Positions 1 through 9,337 of a DNA stretch of 43,807 bases are shown piece after piece (the first letter of the stretch is position 1; every line of letters starts with the position of its first letter). Source of the stretch: a virus. Lineage: Duplodnaviria > Caudoviricetes. The stretch covers positions 1 to 43,807 of IMG/VR virus record IMGVR_UViG_3300049141_000046, one strand, 5' to 3'. The notes beneath the pieces were generated by a model. It worked only from the letters and a program-made list of their open reading frames with translations, did no database searches and was not told where the DNA came from. The translations under genes were made by a program, and so were the position numbers.

Positions 1-37
1 GTGGGGGACGCCGTCAGATCGGCCGCCGGTCAGGTGG

Positions 38-499
38 TCAGCGGGGGCTGTCGCCGGTCGCCGTGTTGTCGGTGACGACCAGGTCCCACACGTCGCTGGG
101 CTCGTCGCCGTGGGCGTGGATCACGCCGTTGACGGTGTGGTCGAACGTGAACTTCTCGAAGCCGGGCTGCCCTTGGGCGTGACCGCCGGGCTTGAGGAAG
201 TGGTCGATGAGGTACTGCATCCACTGGGTGGCGTTGTAGAACTTTTCGGCGCCGTTCCAGCGGATGCCGGTGCCCTCGTCGGTGGGCTCCCAGTTGCACC
301 ACAGGCTGGGCTGTCCCTCGGGCGGGGTGTTGTAGCCGGGGTGCCCGATCTCGCTGTAGCCGTAGTCGGTGGTGGAGTAGGGGCCGTCGGGGCGCTGGTG
401 TCGGCGGCTTTCGGCGAAGCGGTCGAGGTAGGCGATCTCGTGCGGGTTGAGGGGCGGGTCGACGGTGACGTGGCCTTCGAAGGCGGTGGTGTAGCCCAT
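38..499 (-). CDS. hypothetical phage protein (153 aa)
   Basis: AAGGAG RBS before the ATG; normal protein composition; last complete gene of the leftward operon. Confidence 0.8.
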   Translation of the reverse strand: MGYTTAFEGHVTVDPPLNPHEIAYLDRFAESRRHQRPDGPYSTTDYGYSEIGHPGYNTPPEGQPSLWCNWEPTDEGTGIRWNGAEKFYNATQWMQYLIDHFLKPGGHAQGQPGFEKFTFDHTVNGVIHAHGDEPSDVWDLVVTDNTATGDSPR

Positions 500-516
500 C
501 GTGTTCTCCTTGGTGG

Positions 517-547
517 GTGCCCCGCCGGTTTCCGCCCGGCGGGGCGC
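517..547 (-). terminator. GC-rich hairpin, possible terminator or processing site
   Basis: Minus strand GCGCCCCGCCGG(G)-CGGAAA-CCGGCGGGGCAC in the intergenic gap. Confidence 0.4.
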
Positions 548-560
548 TGCTGTTGGGCGG

Positions 561-866
561 TCAGGTGGTGTGGTGCACGGCGGCCTGCGCCGCGCGGTAC
601 GCCTGCGGATTCGAGCGGCGCTTCCCCGACGCGATGGCGCGGGCGTCCGCCACCCGCGAGTCGGAGATCGGGGACGGTGTCGTCCACGCGGCGGCCGGCA
701 TGCCCGGCCCGGGCGGCGGCTCGGGCAGGCCGCGGAGCGCGTTCGGGGTGTGGTCCGGGCAGCACGGGCCGGTGAGGTACGGGCGCACGTTCTCTCCGCT
801 GCGGCAGTGCCGCTGCTCGGCGCCGATCCAGTGCCGGCACTCGCGGACCTGCTCCCGTCCGCTCAT
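561..866 (-). CDS. small Cys/His-rich hypothetical protein
   Basis: ATGA overlap with WhiB; CRHW..C..CCPDH motif. Confidence 0.7.
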   Translation of the reverse strand: MSGREQVRECRHWIGAEQRHCRSGENVRPYLTGPCCPDHTPNALRGLPEPPPGPGMPAAAWTTPSPISDSRVADARAIASGKRRSNPQAYRAAQAAVHHTT

Positions 867-1138
867 GCCGCGGACCTCCGCTCCCGCTTGCGGGCTGCCG
901 TGTACAGGGCGTACCGCTGGCCCGGCCCCTTCCCGCCGCGGATCCCGAACCGGTTGTCCTTCGCCCGGCCGTTCTCCTCAGCGAGCGCGTCGGCCAGACA
1001 TGCGCGGCGGACGGGGCAGCCGACGCAGATGCCTTTCGCGGCGTTGATGCCGCGGGTGTCACCGGGGGTGGGGAAGAACAGGTCGGGATCTTCGCCGCGG
1101 CAGGCGCCGTCCGTACGCCAGTCGGTGGGCTGGGTCAT
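863..1138 (-). CDS. whiB: WhiB family transcriptional regulator
   Basis: W..GACRGEDPDLFFP, AKGICVGCPVRRACL (4 Cys) and FGIRGG turn. Confidence 0.92.
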   Translation of the reverse strand: MTQPTDWRTDGACRGEDPDLFFPTPGDTRGINAAKGICVGCPVRRACLADALAEENGRAKDNRFGIRGGKGPGQRYALYTAARKRERRSAA

Positions 1139-2223
1139 GCCGCCGCCCCCGCTCGGGCTTCGACCCGTCCGGCCGCCGCGTCCAGGACCACCTCAGCCAG
1201 CAGCGGCGGCACCGCGTTGCCGACCTGCTGGAACTGAGAGGTGCGGGTCCCGTGGAACGGGTAGTCAGCCGGGAACGACTGGAGAATCGCCGCTTCGGCC
1301 AGCGTGAGGTTGCGCTCCTTGACCCCGTCCTTCACCCACTGGCAGCTGATTGCCGAGCCGGTGATGGTGAAGGAGGGCTCGGTGATCGCCCGCTCGTACA
1401 GTTCGACACCGCCAGTGGGCGACTTCCAGGTCTGTCCGGAGCGGAGCTTCCAGGAGCGGGCCCGCCCGGTGAGCGCGTTGCTCGGCCCGTCGGCCGAGAA
1501 CTCGTTGCCGCCAGCCGCCCGGCCCTTCTCATCGATGGGGCGGTCGCCGCGGGTGTTGACCTTGACTCCGGGCGGCAGCTCCAGCGCGTCGGCCATGGAC
1601 ACCCAGGGCGTGCCCCAGAACTGCATGCCCTTCCTGGGGTCGTAGTGCGTCGGATCCGGCCAGCACACTGCTCGGGTGCGGGACGCGGCCAGGACCGCGC
1701 GCCGGCGGGTCTGAGGCACGCCGTAGTCGGCGGCGTTGAGGACACGGGCCGACGCCGAGTAGCCCCAGCGGGTCAGGATCTCCGCGTACTGCTGCCAGAG
1801 AGGGAGCACGTCGGGGACCTGTTCCATGACGATCCACTCCGGACGCAGGTCGTAGTGCCAGCGCATCGGCTCGGCGGACAGGATCGACAGCGGGTCAGCG
1901 CAGGCGGCCTTGATCTGCTGGCGGGTGTCCCGGCCGTTGGCCAAGTCCTCGACGGCCTGGGCGACGAGGGGTTGGTCGGTGATGCCGAGGCCCTTTCCTG
2001 CGCGGGACCAGGGGGTGCAGACCGCTGAGTCGACCTTGCCGGTGATGCGGCCTTTGAAGGGGGCGGTCGGGTAGGTGGTGACGTCGCACTGAAGGGTGGG
2101 GTGGCCGGCAGTGATGCGGGTAGCGCAGGCGTTCCAGTCCAGTTCCATGCCGATGTGCGGGGCGAGGCGGCGGTGGAGGGCGACGGCCCATCCGCCGGGG
2201 CCTCCGAATCCTTCGACGATCAT
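1135..2223 (-). CDS. DNA cytosine-C5 methyltransferase
   Basis: Motif I FGGPGG, motif IV SAVCTPWS, motif VI MEQV, motif VIII QTRRR, LQSFP and QVGNAVPP; start at ATG 2223 coupled to the upstream gene. Confidence 0.9.
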   Translation of the reverse strand: MIVEGFGGPGGWAVALHRRLAPHIGMELDWNACATRITAGHPTLQCDVTTYPTAPFKGRITGKVDSAVCTPWSRAGKGLGITDQPLVAQAVEDLANGRDTRQQIKAACADPLSILSAEPMRWHYDLRPEWIVMEQVPDVLPLWQQYAEILTRWGYSASARVLNAADYGVPQTRRRAVLAASRTRAVCWPDPTHYDPRKGMQFWGTPWVSMADALELPPGVKVNTRGDRPIDEKGRAAGGNEFSADGPSNALTGRARSWKLRSGQTWKSPTGGVELYERAITEPSFTITGSAISCQWVKDGVKERNLTLAEAAILQSFPADYPFHGTRTSQFQQVGNAVPPLLAEVVLDAAAGRVEARAGAAA

Positions 2224-2843
2224 CGCGCGATCACCGCCGCCCGCTCCGGCCACTGGCAACCAGCCAGCGCCGCGCGATGCCGGTCAGGGACCGAGGCGAT
2301 CGGGTAACCCAGCCAGTCCAGGCCCATCGCCAACATCACGTAAGCGTCGGCCTCATCCCACTTCGCGCGGCCCTCGGTGTGAATGCCGTACCGCTCGCCG
2401 ACCGCCGCACGAACCAGGGCCTTGAGCGCATCGCCCTTGATCCTCTGACCGTTCTCGTCCTTGTGGACGGTGGTCCCCGTCGCATACGTGATCCGCTTGC
2501 TCGGTGTGATCACGGTGTAGGGGATCCCGCGTTTCCACAGGTCGTGTCGGATCATCCAGCGCATCCCGGCGAGGGCGTCGGCGCCGTTGTTGTTCTTGCT
2601 GTAGGCCGCGCCCTCGATGACGACGAAGTCCGCGTTGCGGTAGAAGGTGGCGAGGCCTGAGAGTTGGGCGGCGAATCGGTCGTGCTGGCCTTCAGCTGTG
2701 CAGCGGACGTGGTCGGTCCAGCCGATACCGGCGACCCCGGACAGGCCCATGGCGACATCGAGGCCGATGACGAGGGGCCGCGGCCCGGCCACCGCGGTGG
2801 TGGCCGGAACCTCGGTGGTGTTGAAGAGGGTGGGCGTGTTCAC
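2220..2843 (-). CDS. RuvC-like Holliday junction resolvase
   Basis: VIGLD, VVIEG and DEADA acidic motifs of the RuvC fold. Confidence 0.8.
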   Translation of the reverse strand: MNTPTLFNTTEVPATTAVAGPRPLVIGLDVAMGLSGVAGIGWTDHVRCTAEGQHDRFAAQLSGLATFYRNADFVVIEGAAYSKNNNGADALAGMRWMIRHDLWKRGIPYTVITPSKRITYATGTTVHKDENGQRIKGDALKALVRAAVGERYGIHTEGRAKWDEADAYVMLAMGLDWLGYPIASVPDRHRAALAGCQWPERAAVIAR

Positions 2844-3166
2844 GCCTGCTCTCCCTTCTGCTGTTCGTCGCGGACGGCCTGCCGCAGTCGGGCGAACCCG
2901 TCAGCCACGTCCGGGTTGTCGACGAGGAAGCGGACGAGGTGGTCCTCCACATCCGCAGGCAGACGCTGCCCGCGCGCGGCGTCGGCGAGGGTGTGGCCAT
3001 CAAGGCGTGCCGCTTCCTCCGCCCGCTCGTGAGCTGCGCGGATGATCCGGTCCCGCGTCGACTCCTCACGCCGGGCTCGCTTGACCTGGAAGTAGGTGGC
3101 GGCGAGCGACGAGGTGACGACGGCGAACACGATCAGCGCGGCTTCGGCGGTGGACAGGCTGCTCAT
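2840..3166 (-). CDS. small membrane-anchored hypothetical protein
   Basis: Start MSSLSTAE at 3166 (ATGA overlap); N-terminal hydrophobic helix. Confidence 0.65.
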   Translation of the reverse strand: MSSLSTAEAALIVFAVVTSSLAATYFQVKRARREESTRDRIIRAAHERAEEAARLDGHTLADAARGQRLPADVEDHLVRFLVDNPDVADGFARLRQAVRDEQQKGEQA

Positions 3167-3468
3167 CGGCCACCGCCTTCGGTCAGGCCTCGGTTGCGGC
3201 ACTCGGTGCACAGGCAGCTGTCGTCCACCCGCAGCCGGATTTGCAGGGTCGGCCGGTCCTCGGCAGGGCAGTACGCCTCGAACTCGTCGAGGACCTGCGT
3301 CGGCCGCATCAGGTCGGCCAGCGGCACCAGACGCTCGTCCGGCCGGCCGCGATGCCGGCCCGTCGGAACCTCGACCGGCTCGATGCGGGTCCAGGAGCGG
3401 GCGGCGAGCGTCATACCCACGGCGATGGCAGTGCCGGCGCCGGTGAGAGCAGTCAGGTACTGGCTCAT
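3163..3468 (-). CDS. hypothetical protein, N-terminal hydrophobic segment and C-terminal Cys cluster
   Basis: Start MSQYLTAL at 3468 (ATGA overlap); YCP..CLCTEC. Confidence 0.65.
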   Translation of the reverse strand: MSQYLTALTGAGTAIAVGMTLAARSWTRIEPVEVPTGRHRGRPDERLVPLADLMRPTQVLDEFEAYCPAEDRPTLQIRLRVDDSCLCTECRNRGLTEGGGR

Positions 3469-4100
3469 ACCGCACCGCCCCACACCGCGTCCCACACGTC
3501 GCGCGCCCAGCGCGCATCACCCAGCGCGGTATGCGCCACACCCGGCCCCGGCGGCTCCACCCCAGTCCAGCGCGACAGGTCCCGTGAGGAGAACGGGAGC
3601 GGCACCTCGTCCGACGGCAGCGGCTTCCCGCCGAACCGGCGGATGATCTCCGCCATCCCGAGCTTCTTGCCAGCAGCCAGAGTCGCGATGCACAGCGGCC
3701 GGTAGTGCCACTGCGCGCCTCCCGGACCGAGAAGCTTGCGGAGGAACCGGTCATCGAAGCCCGGGTTGGAGCCGACCAGGATCGCGCCGCGCAGGACGGA
3801 GAGGATGGCGCTGACGGCTTGCGCGCGAGTCATCGGCACGACCGGGTCCGAGCCGTAGCCGGTGAACGCGGCATCGGCATCCAGCCCGAACGGGACGTTG
3901 AAGCGCTCCTCAAAGCCGCCGATTCGCAGTGCCTCCGGGTCTGCCTTGGTGAGGTCCGGGACGAACTGCCACACGTACTCGGTGTCGGTGGTCTCCTCGC
4001 CGTCCTGCTCGCGGAGGATGACGGCAACCTCCCACGCCTCGCCGATCTCGGCACTGAGGTGGGTGGTCTCGCAGTCGACGAAGGCGATCGGGGCGTTCAC
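3465..4100 (-). CDS. DnaQ-like (DEDDh) 3'-5' exonuclease
   Basis: FVDCETT, SNPGFD and HTALGDA motifs. Confidence 0.85.
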   Translation of the reverse strand: MNAPIAFVDCETTHLSAEIGEAWEVAVILREQDGEETTDTEYVWQFVPDLTKADPEALRIGGFEERFNVPFGLDADAAFTGYGSDPVVPMTRAQAVSAILSVLRGAILVGSNPGFDDRFLRKLLGPGGAQWHYRPLCIATLAAGKKLGMAEIIRRFGGKPLPSDEVPLPFSSRDLSRWTGVEPPGPGVAHTALGDARWARDVWDAVWGGAV

Positions 4101-4984
4101 TGGCGGGCCCCCGATCCCGGAGCCGCAGCCGCCGGCCAGTCGCCCGAACCCTGCTCACCAGCAGGATCCGGCGCCCCCGTCGTGGCCTGCTGCTTGATCT
4201 CGTCGACTGTCACCCGTGGCAGCGGGAACTCCTCGTCCGCCGTCACCTCGCCGCGGCTGATCGACTGGAAGGCGACCAGCAGCTGCGCGACGTCGTGCTC
4301 CGTCCACTTCCCCGACGGCCGGCCGAGCTTCGTCTCGATGCGGTCCTGCGTGACGCCGATGCCTTCGAACGCTCGGATGGCGTCGGCGACGCGCTGCGGG
4401 AGCGGCTTGCCCCCGCCGTCCTGGAGGGTCTTGTTGCAGAGCTGCTTGGCCTCCTCGACAAACCACGGCGGGAGGATCGCGAAGATCGCCTCACGGACAC
4501 GGCGGGCACCGTTGTTCGCGTTGTTCTCGTAGATGTCCCGCATGTCGGTGAGCTGCTTCGGGCCGCCCTTTTGGTCCCTCTTGTGAGGGACGATGAACGT
4601 CGAGGAGTTGCGGGAGTTCTTCTCGACGTCCCAGGCAAAGGCCTGCATCTCGGACTGGCCGAACTCGTCGTCGCGGCGCATCTCGACGAGGCCGTACTGG
4701 ATGTTGCCCCAGCAGCGGGCCAGCTCCCGGGCGAGGTGGACAGACGCGCCGGTGATGTTCCCGGAGCCGCGGGAGTAGCGGAAGAACGCGCGCTCGGCGA
4801 GGAACGGCTGGGTGCAGGACTGACGCATCTCGGCGATCGCGGCGTTGATGTCGCGGGGGCACTGCTGGGCAACGACGATCGCGGCCTGGACCTCAGCGAC
4901 GGCGCGGGACTGCTCGACGGCGGTTCCCTGCCCGATCCGGGCCGGGGCCGCGGCCGGAGTCATGCGCTCGGCGGGGTAGTTCAC
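4097..4984 (-). CDS. putative single-strand annealing / recombination protein
   Basis: Coupled to the RecE-like exonuclease; AVAEVQA..PRD..LARELARCWGN block typical of phage proteins in this position. Confidence 0.55.
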   Translation of the reverse strand: MNYPAERMTPAAAPARIGQGTAVEQSRAVAEVQAAIVVAQQCPRDINAAIAEMRQSCTQPFLAERAFFRYSRGSGNITGASVHLARELARCWGNIQYGLVEMRRDDEFGQSEMQAFAWDVEKNSRNSSTFIVPHKRDQKGGPKQLTDMRDIYENNANNGARRVREAIFAILPPWFVEEAKQLCNKTLQDGGGKPLPQRVADAIRAFEGIGVTQDRIETKLGRPSGKWTEHDVAQLLVAFQSISRGEVTADEEFPLPRVTVDEIKQQATTGAPDPAGEQGSGDWPAAAAPGSGARQ

Positions 4985-5871
4985 AGGTACTCCTCGGTGT
5001 CACGGATGGCGGCCCACGTGGGCAGGGAGAGGTAGGCGATCTCGTCGCTGTAGCCGGGCCAGATGCCCGTTTCGGTGCACTCGGCGAAGACTTCGAGGGC
5101 GCGCCGGTTGCGGGCGGCGCCGATACGGCGGGCCTCGGCGTCCATCTCGACGACGGTCACGACGTAGGGCGGGGTCTTCTCCTGGCAGACGAAGACGAAC
5201 GCGGCGCTGTCGTCGGCGAGGCCGAGCGCGCGGGCGGCGGCCCGGTACCAGTCGTCTTGCTGGTGGTAGCCGAACTCCTCGACCGCGCGGGCGAGCGCGC
5301 CCGGTTCGGCCGACCGGCACGTCTTGTAGTCGGGGATGATGAGCCGGCCGGACCGGGCGTCGGGCAGCCAGTCGAAGCGGGCCCGCCGCATGACGCCGGT
5401 CGGGCGGTCCCGCCAGAACAGAGACTGCTCGGGCTTCCCACGGGCCGGGTCGAACAGGACCGAGGCAATGGGGTGGCGGCGCAGCGCGTCGGCCATCGAG
5501 TGGACCTGCTCGTACTCGACCGGCTTGAGCGGGATGCCGCCCTCTTCGCGGATGGCGGCGACCTCGGCCTTGACGGCGTTCGTCGTCCACTTCTCCGCGT
5601 CGACCTGGACCAGGTCCGGGCCTTCGCCGAGCACCAGCTTGTGCGCGGCGGTGCCGAGCTCGAACGTCTTCTTCGGCTCCTGCGGGGTGTCCTGCGCGTG
5701 CCGGAACAGGGCCGGACAGGACGGTGGCAGCAGCATTCGGGCGCCGCTGGAGGAGAGGGCGTACCGGTGGGAGTGGTACTCCTCGTTGGTCATGTCGTGG
5801 ACGCCGGGCTCGGTGATGGGGGCCGGGCCGGCGGCCGGGGCCTGAGCCCCGGCCTGCACGGTGGTCGTCAT
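4981..5871 (-). CDS. RecE/exonuclease VIII-like PD-(D/E)XK nuclease
   Basis: YH..LSSSG, GTAAH, EQSLFW, RARFDW, DYKT and YHQQ..Y motifs; start MTTTVQ at 5871. Confidence 0.88.
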   Translation of the reverse strand: MTTTVQAGAQAPAAGPAPITEPGVHDMTNEEYHSHRYALSSSGARMLLPPSCPALFRHAQDTPQEPKKTFELGTAAHKLVLGEGPDLVQVDAEKWTTNAVKAEVAAIREEGGIPLKPVEYEQVHSMADALRRHPIASVLFDPARGKPEQSLFWRDRPTGVMRRARFDWLPDARSGRLIIPDYKTCRSAEPGALARAVEEFGYHQQDDWYRAAARALGLADDSAAFVFVCQEKTPPYVVTVVEMDAEARRIGAARNRRALEVFAECTETGIWPGYSDEIAYLSLPTWAAIRDTEEYL

Positions 5872-6332
5872 CGGGCGCCTCCGGTGAGGGTGTAGAAGCG
5901 GCGCGGGGTGCCGTCCCCGTGGCGGTCGAGGTGGCCGTCGCGGTGCAGAGCGGCGAGGTATCGGCGGGCGGTCATGCGCAGGACATGCGTGCCGATGAGT
6001 TGCTGCCACGTGTGCCTGAGGCGGCCGGTGGTCCACTCGCCGCCTTCCTCCTGGATCGCATCCAGGACGAACTTCCTGGAGCCGCGCGCCGTTGGGTGGG
6101 CAGGACGGGGGTTGTCGCTGAGCTTGTAGAAGCGAGCCCCGCGGTGCTCGGCAGGTACGAGGTATGCGCGCCGAGCGAGGTCCCGGAGGTCACGGCGGGC
6201 GGTGTTCCTGCCGACGGTGGCCCACACGCCTGACCTGGCGTAGATGTGCAGCACTCGCTTGGTGGTGACCGGTCCGCCGAAGTTCTGGAGGACGGCGATC
6301 AGGTAGGTCCGGCGGGTGGTGGTCTCCGTCAT
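5868..6332 (-). CDS. putative DNA-binding protein with two winged-helix-like repeats
   Basis: Internal repeat GGPVTTKR..TARRDLRDL / GGEWTTGR..TARRYLAAL; start at 6332. Confidence 0.65.
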   Translation of the reverse strand: MTETTTRRTYLIAVLQNFGGPVTTKRVLHIYARSGVWATVGRNTARRDLRDLARRAYLVPAEHRGARFYKLSDNPRPAHPTARGSRKFVLDAIQEEGGEWTTGRLRHTWQQLIGTHVLRMTARRYLAALHRDGHLDRHGDGTPRRFYTLTGGAR

Positions 6333-6793
6333 CGCGCGTCCCCTCCGCCGACGTAGCGGGCGAAGACACGAACTCCGTCGAGCGTCGGCTCCACCCGCGC
6401 CTCGAACGCGCCCGCAGGCTGGTAGGCGATGATCGAACGGCCCGTGCCCCCGTCCCGGATCAGACGAGCGATGCCCGCAGCGGACCCGCTGTTGATGTAG
6501 TCGCCGACCAGTGCCCACTCGCCCGGCTTGGCACGCAGCGCTTCAGCGACGTCGCGGTGCACGACGTTGCGGCGGGGTGCTGCCGGCGTAGTGCCGTTGG
6601 CGCGGGCGATGAGGAGATTCCGGGCGTGGACGAGGCCGCGGGCTCGGGGTCCTCCGGCGCGGACGCGGTCGTCGAGGTCGGCGGCGGCGGCGCGGAGTTC
6701 CTCGCTGACGAGGGCGTCGAGGCGGGCGTCGAGTTCCTTCGCCGCGGTCTCGTCGAGGGGGAGCATCGCGTGGATGCGGGCGCGGGCGCTCAT
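6329..6793 (-). CDS. hypothetical phage protein
   Basis: ATGA-coupled at both ends; ALRAKPGEWALV..FEAR..VFARY. Confidence 0.7.
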   Translation of the reverse strand: MSARARIHAMLPLDETAAKELDARLDALVSEELRAAAADLDDRVRAGGPRARGLVHARNLLIARANGTTPAAPRRNVVHRDVAEALRAKPGEWALVGDYINSGSAAGIARLIRDGGTGRSIIAYQPAGAFEARVEPTLDGVRVFARYVGGGDAR

Positions 6794-7173
6794 GCGGCGC
6801 CTGCCTCACGCTGCGCCGGGATGGCCACACGGGCGGCCGGAGCCACCGCGCGCAGCCGGTCCGCGAACCGCGCCACCGCATCCCCGTACAGCGGGAGTTC
6901 GTAGCCGAGCGCCGTGCACAGCTTCTCGACGAGCAGCGCCTCGGGCTCCCACCCGTCGTGCTTGTGGGCGCGGGCGTTGTTGCGGTCCTCCTCGATCTCC
7001 GTCAGGAGGTCCATCACGTCCGGGTTGTCGGCGATCGTCTCGATCATCGCGACGAGGTAGTCCGACACGTCGAGTGTTGCGCCGGTCGGGATGCGGCGGA
7101 TGTACACGCGGTACGGGCCCGTGATCGCGGGGCGGCGGAACAGGCGGTGCAAGTACAGGCGGATGCGGTTCAT
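6790..7173 (-). CDS. hypothetical phage protein
   Basis: Start MNRIRLY at 7173, coupled; GGAGG RBS. Confidence 0.7.
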   Translation of the reverse strand: MNRIRLYLHRLFRRPAITGPYRVYIRRIPTGATLDVSDYLVAMIETIADNPDVMDLLTEIEEDRNNARAHKHDGWEPEALLVEKLCTALGYELPLYGDAVARFADRLRAVAPAARVAIPAQREAGAA

Positions 7174-7406
7174 CGGGCTTCCTCCGCGTTGATCTCCGGC
7201 TTGCCGGTCTCGTCGTCGCGGAGCAGGTCCCACTCGCCGTCGATGTTCAGCGACTGGTTCCGGTCCGACGACGCGCACTGGTGGCACAGCGAAGGGGTGT
7301 CGGCCTCCAGCGCGGCGGCTTCGAGCTGCTCCGGGGTGGCGTCCTCTGGGGCTTCGAACTCCACGACGCACGAGGCGGTCTGGATCAGTACGGCTCGGTA
7401 CTTCAT
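7170..7406 (-). CDS. small hypothetical protein with CxxC
   Basis: Coupled ORF; LCHQC. Confidence 0.7.
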   Translation of the reverse strand: MKYRAVLIQTASCVVEFEAPEDATPEQLEAAALEADTPSLCHQCASSDRNQSLNIDGEWDLLRDDETGKPEINAEEAR

Positions 7407-7675
7407 GCCATGGCCCCCTTCGGGCTGGTGGTGAGGAGGAGGACCAGCGCGGCCACATCAAGGACCGCGTCACGCACAGCCAGCCGTGCGGCGGCGACCT
7501 CGATCAGCAACGGGTCCAGCCGACCGGACTCGACGAGGCGGCCCAGCTGGTAGCGCGGGTCGAAGTAGCCGGCGTCCGCGTCAGCGAAAGCCATGGCGAG
7601 GCTGATGACGCTGATCGCGGTCACGCCGAGGGACCCGGCAGCAGCCCACTCCGTGGGCGTGTGGGTGTCGTACAT
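7403..7675 (-). CDS. small membrane protein
   Basis: Start MYDTH at 7675 (TGATG overlap); hydrophobic segments. Confidence 0.6.
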   Translation of the reverse strand: MYDTHTPTEWAAAGSLGVTAISVISLAMAFADADAGYFDPRYQLGRLVESGRLDPLLIEVAAARLAVRDAVLDVAALVLLLTTSPKGAMA

Positions 7676-8133
7676 CAGCTGCCACCCCGCTTGGCCGCCC
7701 GATATGCGCGGGCCCGCTCGCGCAGGCACGTCTTGCACCGGCGGTAGTTCTTGTAGCGGTAGGTGTTTGCCTCGTCGTACGGGTGGCCCTGCGGGCAGTG
7801 GGTCTTATCGGCGTTTTGCTTAGCGAGACCGACACCTCGGAGGGTGTTCTCCCGGGACGTCACCGGTTCCAGGTGAGCCGGATTGACGCAGTGCCGAACG
7901 CGACAGCGGTGATCAAGCTGCATCCCGTCGGGGATGGGGCCGACCAGGCTCTCGTAGATCGTGCGATGAGCCATGTGCGTCCTGCCGTGCAGCTTGTGCT
8001 CGGCGTATCCGTCCTTGTTCAAGCGGCCGCGCCACAGCCAGCATTCGCCGGTGCGATCGGTGCGCTGCATGATTCGTTCGAGCGGCGTGCCTGTCAGGCG
8101 CGGCAGTGATCTGGTGCTAGCCAAGGCGATCAC
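7675..8133 (-). CDS. HNH homing endonuclease
   Basis: CWLW.G, AHR, LDHRCRVRHCVNPAHL..EN, then THCPQGH..CKTC zinc module. Confidence 0.9.
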   Translation of the reverse strand: MIALASTRSLPRLTGTPLERIMQRTDRTGECWLWRGRLNKDGYAEHKLHGRTHMAHRTIYESLVGPIPDGMQLDHRCRVRHCVNPAHLEPVTSRENTLRGVGLAKQNADKTHCPQGHPYDEANTYRYKNYRRCKTCLRERARAYRAAKRGGS

Positions 8134-8548
8134 TCGCCTCAAGCTCGATGATCCGGTCCCGGTCCGCGCGCAGCTGCTCAGCCGCGTCGGAGAGCGCCTC
8201 GTTCGTCGAGTGCCGCTCCGCCTCCAGCTCGGCCGCGTACCTGATGACGTTCTCCAGGACGAGACGCAGATCGTCCTTCGCCAGGCGGGCACCCAGGGCG
8301 TCCCGGGCACGGTCGAGGACGCTGTGGGAACGCGGCTCCGGGCCCGCCGGCATCGGCAGCGCATCCGCCGACCCAGCAATCCCGTGCGCCGCCAACTCCG
8401 CCAGCGTCGCCATCAGATAAGGCGGGCACTTGCAGGAGTCCGTCACCGCGTACAGGCCATGCCCGTCCTCGGTCACCGCCCGACGCAGCCACACCACGCC
8501 GTCCCTCGTGTTCACGACCAGCGGGTCGTGCGTCATCGGGGCGCTCAC
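8117..8548 (-). CDS. hypothetical phage protein
   Basis: GTG start coupled to the upstream stop; C-terminal coiled coil. Confidence 0.65.
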   Translation of the reverse strand: MSAPMTHDPLVVNTRDGVVWLRRAVTEDGHGLYAVTDSCKCPPYLMATLAELAAHGIAGSADALPMPAGPEPRSHSVLDRARDALGARLAKDDLRLVLENVIRYAAELEAERHSTNEALSDAAEQLRADRDRIIELEASDRLG

Positions 8549-8979
8549 GCGGACACCTCGCACGCGTCCGCAGCCGCCTCCAGCACGGCAACCGCCGACT
8601 CCGTCGTGCGGCCCTCCAAGTCGCCCCACCCGTCGACGTGCGCCTCCAGGTCGAAGATCCCGCCGAACAGAGGGCCCTCCCCGTCGACCTCCAGGCGCAG
8701 CGCGAGCACGGCGATCGCCTCGTCCGCCAGCAGCGACGGCAGGTGCGGGTCACCGGAGACTGAGCACTTCAGCGCGGCCACGACACTCATCGGGCGCAGC
8801 GCGTGCGGGATGCACATCTCCCGGTCCATCGCGTCCGGGACGAAGTCGCCCTGGTACAGGCCGTTCGCCGCGAGCAGCCGGGCCGCCGCACGGAATACCT
8901 GCGGCAGGGTCGTCGGCCGTGCGTGCGGGGCTTGGTGCAGAGGAAGAACTCTGCTGAGGGTCTGAGATGATGCAGTCAA
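8545..8979 (-). CDS. hypothetical protein (DUF6197-like)
   Basis: AAGGAG RBS then TTG at 8979; AAARLL..NGLYQG..W.D..GRT. Confidence 0.6.
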   Translation of the reverse strand: MTASSQTLSRVLPLHQAPHARPTTLPQVFRAAARLLAANGLYQGDFVPDAMDREMCIPHALRPMSVVAALKCSVSGDPHLPSLLADEAIAVLALRLEVDGEGPLFGGIFDLEAHVDGWGDLEGRTTESAVAVLEAAADACEVSA

Positions 8980-9070
8980 CGTGATCCACTCCTTGCTTCG
9001 TGCTTCAGTGGGTTGCGGGGGTCGTCTCCGGATGCGCGTCCGGGGCGGCCCCAACTTCGTGCGGCGGGAG

Positions 9071-9337
9071 TCAGCCCGTCGGGGCGAGCTCCTCGGCGTC
9101 CGCCGTCGACCAGGCCCTGCCGTCCGTCGCGTTCGCCTCGTGCCACGCCTGGCACTTCGCCAGGTCGTAGCGCCGGCCCTGGCCGGCGAACGGCTCGTCC
9201 GGCATGCCGGCTTTGCGCCACTGGTCGATCTGCCAGGTGGAGACGCCGTAGTACGTCTCGATCTCGCGCTGGGTGAGCAGGGGGACGAGGCCAGCCGGGA
9301 GGGGGACTCGGCGTTCATGTTTCGTTCGCTGCGGCAT
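9071..9337 (-). CDS. putative excisionase / MerR-AlpA-like HTH protein
   Basis: LLTQREIETYYGVSTWQIDQWRKAGMP..RRYD; lies directly after the Cro-like gene. Confidence 0.7.
   Translation of the reverse strand: MPQRTKHERRVPLPAGLVPLLTQREIETYYGVSTWQIDQWRKAGMPDEPFAGQGRRYDLAKCQAWHEANATDGRAWSTADAEELAPTG

Noticed and set aside
9018-9051. Plus-strand hairpin opposite the early operon, possible antisense RNA end
   Set aside because: Single hairpin with no supporting promoter; insufficient evidence at this GC content.
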